Source of the DNA: Blasia pusilla
Lineage: Eukaryota
Length of the DNA stretch: 64,000 bases
Assembly (NCBI GenBank): GCA_050084515.1
Contig: CM114271.1
Coordinates: forward strand, 5,518,001-5,582,000
Direction: 5' to 3'
A model generated the notes under the pieces. That model worked only from the letters and a program-made list of their open reading frames with translations. It did no database searches and had not been told where the DNA came from. Made by a program: the position numbers and the translations under genes. Shown in pieces: positions 26,887 to 37,724 of the stretch. Positions within the stretch are counted from its first letter, which is position 1. Each line of letters starts with the position of its first letter.

Positions 26887-27891
26887 TCACTCTTGATCAT
26901 CTCCCCACAAGCAAACATGATCAAGTCTCGTCAACAAGGTCAAAGACTTTGCGATCGCACTAAAACCCTTGACATACCGTCGATAGAAGTTCGCCAATCC
27001 AAGAAATGCTCGGACTCGACTCACATCTATAGGGCGTGGAATCTGCGCAATAGCCTCTACCTTCGTCTGTTGAATGCCTAACCCACTCGGGTATATGGTG
27101 TGTCCCAAGTACTCAATCTGCTCCTGAAAGAATCTACACTTGCCTCAATGTAACTTCAGTCCATGTAACTGCAATCGCCGAAACACCTCCTCCAAGTGTC
27201 GCTCATGCTCCTCAACCATGGAACCGAAGATAAGAATATCATCTATGTAACATCGTACAAAATCCAAGCCAGCCAGAATCCTATCCATCACTCTCTGAAA
27301 CTCCGCAGGCGCGTTCTTCAACCCAAATGGTATGAACCGCCACTGATACAAGCAATCTCTCTCGAACCGATCTATCCCCCAGAATGTTGTCTTCTACCTT
27401 TCCTCCAACCTGATAGGAAGCTGATGATAGCCAGCATGGAGATCTAAAGTACTAAAGATCTTTGCATGCCCTACCGCATCAAAGATCTCCTCAGGAGTAG
27501 GCATGGCATACCGATCTGACCTCGTATGTCGGTTGATAGGACGGTAATCTCCACACATCCGCCTATCCGTCCAATTGCCATACATATCCTTCTTTGCCGG
27601 CATGACTGTGGCAGATGGATACTCCCCATGTGATAACTCCACAAGTCCTGCCTCCAACAAGTCCTGACTCGTGCTCTGAATCAAGGCTCGCTCCATATCA
27701 GAATACCTGTAGGATCGACGAAAGATCGGCGTATCACTAGCCAACTCAATCCGTATCCCGGGACCCTTCAGCGTACCCAAGTCTCTCATACTGAAGGCAA
27801 AACAACTGACATGCCCTCTCAAAAACCTATGAACTTTCCGTCGCTCTCCTCCTATCAACTTGAGACGTATCACAGGCTCCCAAGTCTCCAT
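26887..27891 (-). pseudogene. Gypsy reverse transcriptase
   Basis: RMCGDYRPIN, DRYAMPTPEEIFD, FSTLDLHAGYHQL, PFGLKNAPAEFQR, YIDD (27238-27249), VRAFLGLANFYRRYV. The three ORF pieces share one frame, separated by point stops. Confidence 0.95.
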
Positions 27892-28206
27892 CGTGACCTC
27901 ACTCGGAGAGGACCCAACCTCCGGCTTTGGTTGCTATGTAGAAACCCTAGCCACCTCCGCAACAGCCACTCCACTCTGACCTCCTACACCATGCTTCACA
28001 TCCGAAAAATGAACATGTGCTACTCTAGCCGCCGTTGCACTCTCTGCTCAAACGACGTCCCAAGAAGTCCATGGGTGCCTATCTCTCCTCGTCTCGCCCC
28101 CAGCCAATGCTTGTACAGATCCTGTAGGCAATGGTCCAACTCGTGGACGTGACGGCTTGGATGACACTCGCATCCGTCTCTATTCAGCCATACCTAGGCT
28201 GACTAT

Positions 28207-28927
28207 TCATGTGAGACAGTTGAGGTCCATCGCCTGCCCCCACACCTGTCTCCGTGATGCCTCAGTCATCCCTGGCACCGCCGTAGTACCGGTGGTGAAT
28301 CCCATGGCGCGCTCGTGCTCATCTGGTGTAGGCTCCTCCAATGCTACGGTCGCCTCATCCCAAATCATGTCTGGCCCTCCTTGACGAAAGGCATGGGATG
28401 CTGGGAAGCTCACCAACGTAGGTAAGGCTGCCCTCAACTCCCCCACCCTATTGGCCATGGCCAACGGTGGTCTATCATCCCGTGTCACCACCTGAGATCG
28501 ACACCCTGAGCCCAAAATAGCATCCACTGTGAGATGTGGTGCTCTCTGGACTCCACTGTATGCTCGACTGAGTAACTCTAATGGTATCAGGCTCGTCCAC
28601 CACAGTCGTGGACGATGGGCACGTGACCCAACTCTCGCTGCATCTAACAACACAGCAGGTCCCAACCAGGACCTCACCTGATGTACACTCGTCATCACAC
28701 GTGCACGAGTGTCTCCCAACAATGGCACGTTCTCCAAAATGTACGTTGGAGAACATATCTGACTCTCCTGCAAGTGTTGTACTACTCGCAGCATCTCCCA
28801 AAATATCCCTGACCTCGGATCCTGCAATCCAAATCCTCGGCCACTTGATGAATGACCCTGACACGGCCTGCAATAGTGCAGCCAATCCGGTGCTAATCCC
28901 TCCGAAGAGATCTAACACCCTAACACC
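28207..28927 (-). pseudogene. C5 cytosine DNA methyltransferase domain (DNMT3-like) inside the Gypsy pol
   Basis: Motif I RVLDLFGGISTG (FGG 28898-28906). Motif IV PCQGHS (Cys codon 28861-28863). Motif VI YILENV (ENV 28726-28734). Motif VIII LDAARVGSRAHRPRLWW (RPR 28606-28614). Motif IX EHERAMGF. Motif X RRQVWGQAM. Motifs II-III are missing at a frameshifting junction near 28866. Confidence 0.9.
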
Positions 28928-29257
28928 CTAACACACAACAGGTGTGGTATCTAGTGGGGTCATCGTCTCCACTCCAAGAGCCCGATCGCCACGTGACTCT
29001 CGCGGCTGTGGGATAAAAACATGACTCCACGCCTGCCTCACGAGGTCGTCGGCACTTCTCTGTAGCTCCCGAGTCGTACCCCACAATCGTGAAGAGGCCT
29101 TGCCAACATGGGAAGAGACACTCGCCATGGCATGTCTCTCCGTGGGACTATCCGCTACTGGGACATCCTCCGCATGTGCGTTCCCCTCCAACAACTCTCC
29201 TGGCCAGCTAACACTACCTGTGAAAGCCGCCGACGTGGTCACAGACTCGCCTCGTGA

Positions 29258-29731
29258 TCAACCACCTCGTCCCGCAAACTGCATGGGTAACTGACTCATC
29301 CGGCCGTCACCTGACCGCCATCCTGGCCGATAAGCATCGGTCTCCTCCCATAAGTCAAGGATGAATCCTAGGGGATATAACACGGTACTCCCCACCAACA
29401 CATCGTACGACTCAGCTGGTGTCGTAATCGCATGTGTGCGCACCATAGCACTATCCGTCGCATGCTCTGGCTGGACTCTGACAACAATCTCCTGTCGAGT
29501 CATATACTGAGTGGGTGATACGCCCCCAATCGAGGTCTGTATTTGGAAGGGACAAGGCTCAATGTCGACCTTCCGTAACCCCAACGCTAAACACGCCGTC
29601 TTCCCTAACATCAAGGGTTGCGCTCCCGAATCAAGTAGGACGCGCTGCGGGTGGTATACTGTCCCCGTTGGACTAACCAAGCGAAATACTCCAGCTCGGT
29701 TATCCAGTAACACTACTCCAGGTGTCACCAC
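29258..29731 (-). pseudogene. Gypsy aspartic protease
   Basis: RVLLDSGAQ active-site motif and YDVLVGSTVL (retropepsin D-x-x-x-G-like motif). Confidence 0.85.
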
Positions 29732-30298
29732 TGCTCGCTCTATGGCCGGTCAGGCTAGAATATCTACCAACTTTGCCGCCGCCGCATGCCATGACTCTGT
29801 GGGGAACGTCCCAAGCACCGGCTCTGAGGGCAAGTCCACCACCTCCTCAACTACCTCTGAACAAGAAGCAGTCATCTCTCCACGCTCACACAATATGGCG
29901 ACCAACCGGAACACCTCAACTGGTCCAACTCCCAATGTCGCCAACTCTTTGGCGGAAAATAGCGGAGTTTGACTCACTCTGGTGGCCACCTCCAACACTA
30001 TAGTCGACACAAACTCCACTCGAGCCGGCATAGGAGTTGTCACTCCAACTCCTCGTGACGTCGACGTAGGTGCCTGAATTGTAGGCACCACTGGTCGTCG
30101 AGGCACCATCGATGGTGTGTGTAGTGCCTCCGACAATGTGAACGACTGTGGAACCCTGGACTGCCGCCCATCAGTCCCCTCTGGTGGGTCAATCTCAACT
30201 CCACCTCTCGATGGCTCGGCCTCTCCAAAGACCCGAGTCACCATTGCACCGCCTCAACCTGGCCGCACTACACATGAATCCCATATCGGGCGAGATCC

Positions 30299-31800
30299 TC
30301 ACCCGGTCGGGTAAGAGGTAGAAGCCGAGTCACGAGCCGCCGCAGCCTCCGTGCCTTCCCTAAGCTGCATCATCGTCATGGCAGCAATCCTCTGCTCCAA
30401 CTGATCGATGCGTGAGAGAAGTGTCGGCTCTGGTGCTCCTGCTCCATCTCCTCTGGCTGGTGGTGGTCCTCTTCCACCCCGTCCAGGAAGAACTCCCCGA
30501 CCTCCTCTAGGACGACCGCCCCCAGGCCCTCGGCCTACCTCTGGACGTGCCCCTCGGCGAAGGTCAAAATATCTATCCCTAGTGTGACCATATCTGTGGC
30601 AATGGTCACACTGGTGTTGTGGTGGGACCATCCTCTGTGGCTCCTGAGCAATCGGAGGCGCTGGTTGTCCTCTCCCATGTTCTGGGCAGTCTCTCTGCCT
30701 ATGGGCCCCTCCACACGTCCAACAAGACCACATCGGCCCCTGCTGGGCAACATATATAGGTGCGGGTCGTTGCCTCATAGGCTCACGGTACCCGCCTTGC
30801 TCTCTAGGCACACTGGCCCGCTCCTGTGGTACTGGTGCTCATTGTGCCACCTGTGGGGTAATCGTCGCTCATGGATCCGTCGACTCTCGAGAAAACCCAG
30901 CGGTCACTACCTGCTCCTCACTCATGTGGAGCTCAATACGCTCAGACAACTCAAAGACCACCTTCAATGTGGGCTTTGCTGTGTGAATCAGCACCGCATC
31001 TCGGACTCTCCTCCATAGTTCTCGGTCCGTAACCCGCACCAACATCGACTAATCTGCGCCTCAATCACTCCAAACGTAGCAATGATCAGCCTCCTCATGC
31101 GTGTGAATGCCTCTCTCAGACTCTCACCCGATCGTCGCTGAAAATCTTGTAGATTCTTCAGCTTGTCGATGCGTACGCCGTGGTAGCTCTTCCCCAACTG
31201 TCGGAAGAACTCCACTGTGGGGCTGAAGCTGGGTGGCCCTCTATCACCCGAGGTCTCTGCCACATCGCCTGTCTCACTGCCCTCCTCTCCATCTAGTCTC
31301 CGCGTTGATGGTGTGTGTCTCTCTCCTCTCACAATCCTATCATATGCCTCGCGACCAGTAGTGGACACATACCCTGGAGCCCAATACATCCTCGAGGCAT
31401 CGATCTCTATTGAATATAGTGATTGAAACTCCATGTAGTCATCCATCGGAGGACCCTCCAAGTGCTAGAACAACCCCTTCCATGACATGAAAGGTTTGAA
31501 CCGTGTCGGGGTCCGTATGTCCTGGAAGTCGCACCATATGTCGAACTCCTGGATGAAATCATCTAAGTCGATGGTGCCCACTGCACCCGAGAAACGACGC
31601 ATGCCCCAATGGCCCATGTCGTCCATCTCGTGCCAAGTAATATTGTCTCTGTCGGTGATCTCGTCACCAGACCCAGTGTCTAGTGATGACGATCCAGTCA
31701 CAGATGGATGTCGAGGGAGCTCCTCACTGGTAACCCCTCGGTATCTCACTCCACTCTGTGTCACACCACTACCACTGCTTGCACTACCCCGTTCTTCCGA
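30299..31800 (-). pseudogene. Gypsy Gag with two CCHC zinc knuckles
   Basis: Capsid-like FSGAVGTIDLDDFIQEF and LQDFQRRSGESLREAFTRM. Knuckles CWTCGGAHRQRDC and CDHCHRYGHTRDRY (last Cys mutated). RGG-rich stretch follows. Confidence 0.85.
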
Positions 31801-34800
31801 ACCCTGGAAGAATGCCGTGATGACGAACCCTGTCTCACCCGCTCAAGCACTCAGACTCACCGAGAGTCTCCCACGCGCCTCACTAGCTCACCTATGCTAA
31901 CGTCAATCCCGTGATGACATACCTGGCCTCACGCACGCTAAACACTCGGGCTCACCATGAGCCTCCCAACTGACTCACCTAACCTAGCGACACTCTCTCG
32001 GGTCATACACGCGACCCCTACTCGACAACCGCCGTATATCCACCAACATGCTACACATGAAAAGAATCTACACTCGTCACCATCACTGCACCCATCTAGC
32101 ACCAGCTACTACCCGATACCCAGCACTCTCAATCACACACGACAAGTGCGGGAAAAGGGACTCGAATGGGTAACTGATCACGCCTCCAACTCTTTGCACC
32201 GTCAACATGCACTCCTCCAAATGATATGACAATCTCCGCAACACAACACTCCCCTCGACCAACACGTCGATCCTCCCGTCAACAGATGCGGACAACCCGT
32301 CGGCATCATGCACACTGCCCCTCCATCGTCAACTCTCGCAACGCCCTGTCGCGCCCCAAAAACATCATGTCACGCCCGCTGTCCAACTTGTCGGTCACTC
32401 GGCACGTCGACGTCCTCCTTGCCATCACGTTGCCCATGCACCACCGCCTTCGCGTGACCGACCTCGTCCGTGCTACCAACCACGTTTGCTACAACTGCCC
32501 GACCAACTATGGTCCGTGCTACCACGTTGGAGGGGGGGGGAAACTTGGCCCGCGGCCCTATGCGGGCCCCGTGGGCCCAAAATGCACCAGGGGGGGGCCT
32601 GGCCCGCACCCCTATGGGCCCTTGGGCCTCCCCAACTTGTGGGGAGAGAAATAATGAGAGGGGGGGTGGGGCGATCCGGCCCGTGGCCTCCTGTGCGCCC
32701 GCCGAGGGGAAGGGCGCCAAGCACCTATGCGCGCCTCCCGCCTGGGGGGGGGGAGTACTAAAGAGTAGTAAAAACAGCACACCCGGCCTAAAACTCCACT
32801 CCTCAATCTACATCGGCATATTGAGCCTCGTCCACCCTGTGCTATCAAGGAATCCGGACGCTAGCACCCTAGTCCTAGCTCACACATATACAAGGTAGGT
32901 GCTCTAACGGCCCAACATGAGAAAGATGGCTTAGGAAAGCCATCTTCCTCTCTTATATAGGGTTGGGAAGAGCCAAAAGGCTCTTCCTCTAAAAATAGCC
33001 CTTCCCTTGGTAACCTGCGCGCACAGGTTAACATGGGCGGGTGACCTGGTCAACAAGTCATCCTGCTGTAAAAGACCTCAACATGAAAGTTGTCAAAAAC
33101 GACGTTCTTGACACAATGGACCTATCCTCAACCTCATCCGACACCGTGGGACAAAGTTACACTCAAGATAGTCCGCTGGCTCCTGCGCCCTATCCACGAT
33201 ATATCTCGACCTATCGGCTACTCAGATGTGATATAGCAGTATTATGTGATCGTGACGTAGACGTTTGTTTCAAGAAAACTAGAGCCGTCATTGAGGATGC
33301 CAATGGGAAATTAGTGGGTGAAGATATACGACGTGGAAATATCTACGAGCTGTATGCTTTCAAGACAAGTGTATGTACAGATCTTAGTAGCAATAAGTTG
33401 TGGCATAAAAGATTTGGTCACCCAAGCTTTCCCTTACTAAGTCAGATGCAGAAATCTGGCATGGTTGATTTACCAACAATTTGTGGAGTGTCGGATACAT
33501 GTGAAGCTTGTATGATGGGCAAGCAACACCGACAACCATTCCCTCAAGAGTCCAACAATAGAGCAAAGGTCCTCTAGAGTTCTTGCTGACGTTTGTGGTA
33601 AAATGAGAATAGTGGCATTAGGTGGTTCTTCCTACTTCTTTTTAGTTGTCGACGATTATAGTAGGAAAATGTGGGTGTATTTCCTTCGTGATAAGGCAAG
33701 TGCTTTTTGAAAATTTAAAGTATGGCACAAACAAGTTGAGAATGAGACAGGAAAGAAGATAGAGAAGCTTTGCACCGATCGAGGAGGAGAATTCTTATCA
33801 ACAGAATTCAACAAATATTTGGGGGAGTATGGAATCAAGCGACAATTAACCACGGCACATACATCACAACAAAATGGAGTTGTTGAGCGTCGAAATACAG
33901 TGGTGGAGATGGCAAGATGTATGATGAAAGCAAAAGGTTTGACAAAAGGATTTTGGGCTGAAGCTGTTAATATCGCCGTTTAGATTCTAAATAGGAGTGC
34001 TACCAAGTCTGTGCAAGGCATGACTCCTCATCAATCATACTCAGGTAAGGTACCATCATTACAACATTTCAGGACTTTTTTGATACTAAGTGCTTTGTAC
34101 ATATTCGTGAAGCATCCATGACCAAGCTAGAGTCCAAGAGCAGGAAGTGCATCATTATGGGATACAATGATGAGTCTAATGCTTATCGCCTATGGTATCG
34201 TGAGGCAAAGAAGATGGTTGTGAGTCATGATGTGGTGTTCCAAGAATAGCCTCGTCAAGTGGCGGATATCAATGGTATGTCCACATTATCATCAAACGAA
34301 GATATAATCCACTAGAGCACACCACCAATGTTTACATCAGATCAGAAGAAGAATTTGGTGATGATTACAAAGAGATTCCTGCTCTTCCACTACGGTCGTC
34401 ATACCCTAAGTGGATAAAGCAGCTCTTGGATGGTAAGGATCCACCAGCAACTGATGAAGTTTTTACACATCCAAGGAGATCCAAGAGACTAGAGGAGTTG
34501 AATAGAGCTTCCGCACATCTCGTTAACATGGCCTTGATGACATAGGTCTTGAAGGTGGACGAGCAATCTTGCTTGGATGAGGCCCTTGCTCATCCTCAAT
34601 GGAGAGAGGCCATGTAGATAGAGATGGACGCTATTCAGATAAATGAATATTTGGACTTTGGTTGAGAAGCCAAAGGACAGGAAGAAAATACGCACCAAGT
34701 GGGTATATAAGACCAAGTACAAGTCGGATGGTACATTGGATAAATTCAAAGCGAGGTTGGTTGCACAAGGATGCTAAAAAATATAAGGTTTTGACTATTA

Positions 34801-35029
34801 TGAGACTTTTTCTCCTACTGCAAGGATGACAACCATTCAAATTGTTCTAGCGGTTGCAAGAACAAGACGTTGGCATGTATACCAACACGATGTGAAGTAT
34901 GCCTTTCTGAATGAGAGTCTCAAAGAGGAGGTATATGTATCTTAACCACCAGGTTTTGAGACACCCGGATACGAACAGAAATTGTGTTTACTTCATCGAG
35001 CATTGTATGTGTATTTACTTCATCGAGCA

Positions 35030-35254
35030 AAAAAATTCTATTAATAAAAACGAAGAAAAATAGATAAAAAATCTAGTTTTCCGAGTAGTGAAATAGTTGG
35101 GAGTCGTAGTGGTAGTGCATTCTCGTATGTCGAGTTATCTCCATGTTCAGGTTCCATCAAAGCTCTTTTGTGAGCGCACGGACGGACTAGACCACTTTGT
35201 ATCTCTAAGTTTTGTAAAGATTTCAGTGATTTCGTCACTTTTTGTTTACTCACA
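35030..35254 (+). repeat. Copia 3' LTR (5'-truncated)
   Basis: Matches 24022-24207 and 241-481. Ends in CTCACA. Confidence 0.88.
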
Positions 35255-37599
35255 CTCTATCCCTCCACTAGCATGAAAAAAGGAATGCTGAACTAGAGCA
35301 ATCCTATATCACCTTGCAAAAGAAAGCACCAAGGATGTAAATCTAAATTCAAAAAAGTTCAAAAGATATTTTTGGAGTTACACTGTCTTATATGAGATGC
35401 GCGAATGTCATATTTTTGTCAAAGACGCGAGTCAAATTTCAAATGAGGGTTTCATTATGATATCCATCATTATAGTATCCAAATAACTTAGAGTGACAAG
35501 GATGTTTTGAAGCGGGTTCATCCACTTTTAGGGGAGTGGTTATGCTTGAAAATTTTGGAAAAAGGGTATAAATATGGTAAAATGGAAGCATTGGGGAGTA
35601 TTCTATCGTATCAGAAAAGGGGACAATCTAGTAAAATGGAGGTATGGTGAGGTGGTCAGGTTAAATAATTCGTAAAAGACGCGATTGAGCTGTAATTTTG
35701 TCTTATCCCATGATAAGAAGGTTATTGTTCAAAAATTAATAAAAGTTAGCTTAATATGAGAGTCCAGAGATGTCTAGTGCATTTCATCATTTTTCAAGAC
35801 GTCTCTGACTCTTGTTGTCGTGACCCTTATAACCAAACGAGCACCAAGCGGAACATCTGAACTCTAGCGAGCTCACGCTACGATGGTTTCCGCTCTAGAG
35901 TTAGAGAAACACAAGTATGAGACGCAAGCACGGCGAGCGTTTCAAGTGTTTCATGCATTTATAGTCTCAACTAAGGAAACCGAAACCAAACGCAGAACCC
36001 AGACTTAAAGAAGATGAGTCTTGGAAAGAGACGCGGCCAAGGGTGAGAACCAGACTTGGGACGTGCCTAGTGTTTGGAGTTTCCAACTGTTCTTTTGACC
36101 ATAATGTTTAGTCCCATCATGAGTTTGGGACAAGTTAGGTATCATTGTAAAGCTTATGCAGAGACGGTCCCAACGCACCAAAGATATTGGAAAACGCTTC
36201 AACAAAAGCCAAGATATGGGCTAAAACCAATTGTACGGGGAGTAGTGTTGAGGACCAAAAAGAGGGGGCTCGGGTGCTCTTTCCCAAAGATAGGGGGCCA
36301 CGGACATCCACTCAAATACTAGTAAGGGGGAAGGTATCCAAGGGTGCTTGGGACTCAAACTCCACTTTGGGCACGGCGGGGCGACTCAAGGGTATGGAAC
36401 GGATTGGGAGTTTGGCGTTGGGATTCGAAACCCAAACCAAGTCCAATAGAGTAGATTTTGGAGGTCCCTTTTGGATTCCAACTCGAGACTTATGTTGTTA
36501 AGTCTCGCTTGGAGACTCATGTGAGGTTGTTGGACAATTGGGACCGCTAGGCGCGCAAACGCCATTTTAGGTGTGTGGGCTAACCATAAAGTCTGTCCCA
36601 AGTCTCAAAAGATTTGCATGTGGTGGGAACTTAGGAAAGAGGGAAGGTTGAGCTTGATAAGGTATCGAGTCGAGGACTCGGTGAGTTGGAAGGCTGCTTG
36701 ACCCAAGCCAGACTAACGTGAGTGTGTTTAGGTGCAGGTTGGTGACGAGAGCGTGTCTTATTGAACGTATGCTTCCGCAACACTAAGATTGACGCTCGAG
36801 GAGAGTAGGCGTACGACCCTTGTCCTCTTATGTCAGACATCAACGGACTTAAATCTTAAATCCTCAATCTTTCATAATGCCTACGTACTTTAATTTATCA
36901 TTTCTTTCCTTATTGGAGCCATAGTTTGTCATTTTTGGGTTTTAACCGCCTCTCTTCTCCCCTACATCCACCTTTCACCGGACGTGGTGAAGGTAAATAT
37001 TGTACTTTTCACTCGTGGCGAAGCTTTTTCCATCTCTTCCTTACGTCGTCACACTGAACTTTGCAATGTCAGATCTGTTGCGTTTTGCCATCTAGCTCAG
37101 GATGGCAGATTATGGGTGACCCGCACTTTGAATTCAAAATCCCTTGGATAGAAATATTATTTTGAATTATCTCCCTTTTTCACTATATCGTATATGAACA
37201 GTTGGGTTTTTTTTTAATCTATTTTACTCCTAAAACAACCGTTCACGACAATAATTTTGTAGATGGGTTAGAAGAAGATATTATTAAAGATGCTCTCCAA
37301 AGACAAATATATTTCATTACTAGCATAATCCATTGGTAAAGATTTTTTTACCAATGTCCACATAAGGAGGGTTATATTATGAGTTGGTTTCGTGTCCAGC
37401 TAGCCAAAAGAAAATCACAGGTCTGAAACCGACCGTATAGGCAGGTTCTTTTTGTATTTATATCTAATTAGCCCATCGGAATGGGGAAATTTTCAAATTT
37501 AACTGCTCGGTTTTGTATATACCGATTCTTACGGGAGAACTACCCGAACCCTGTTTATGATTGTTCTAATGTGGTGAGGGAAAAGGTATCCATTAAATA

Positions 37600-37724
37600 T
37601 TTGGCTTGTTGATTTAGTTACTCTTTTAAATATGACACATGTCAACATGGGAGGAGGACTGAAATGACATGTGTCAACAACGGAGGAGGGTTTCTCTAAC
37701 TCCATCCTATTTTACTTATATAGA
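37600..37724 (-). mobile_element. Helitron-like 5' terminus
   Basis: Minus strand A|TCTATATAAGTAAAATAGGATGGAG...GAAACCCTCCTC...TTGACACATGTC resembles the termini at 16234, 41511 and 42211. Confidence 0.5.

Larger units (their letters stand above)
25433..33233 (-). mobile_element. Ty3/Gypsy-type retrotransposon carrying a C5 cytosine DNA methyltransferase domain (decayed copy)
   Basis: Flanked by TAGC (25429-25432 and 33234-33237). Plus-strand termini are TGTCG...GTGATA. Removing the insert restores the Copia frame NLISVAVLCDR. Minus-strand order is Gag, PR, DNMT, RT, RH, INT; RT-RH-INT is the Gypsy order. Confidence 0.93.
24022..35254 (+). mobile_element. Degenerate Ty1/Copia LTR retrotransposon, split by a nested Gypsy (25433-33233) and lacking its RT C-terminus, RNase H and PPT
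   Basis: Order: LTR, PBS, gag (ATG 24280, KLDGTNFTLWKFKM; CFYCGKLGHLIKYC ~25010-25051), protease (WVLDSGASTHMT ~25209; VLYVPELKRNLISVA), [insertion], LWHKRFGH and CEAC, integrase (VVDDYSRKMW, TDRGGEF, QQNGVVER), RT (KWVYKTK, KFKARLVAQG, DVKYAFLN), LTR. Integrase precedes RT, which is the Copia order. Many stops. Confidence 0.93.

Noticed and set aside
28207-28927. Reading the methyltransferase as a host DNMT3/DRM gene, a bacterial contaminant, or a DIRS-type adenine methylase
   Set aside because: It is intronless, in frame with protease and RT, and inside TSD-bounded termini. The motifs are C5-type (PCQ, ENV), and the element has a DDE-type integrase rather than a tyrosine recombinase.
25769-32898. 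Many plus-strand ORFs over the Gypsy element
   Set aside because: They are antisense shadows of GC-rich gag-pol sequence with no recognisable motifs.
35813-36840. Possible solo LTR (TGTCG...GACA, TATA-like tract)
   Set aside because: No TSD, no second copy and no adjacent PBS or PPT could be confirmed.
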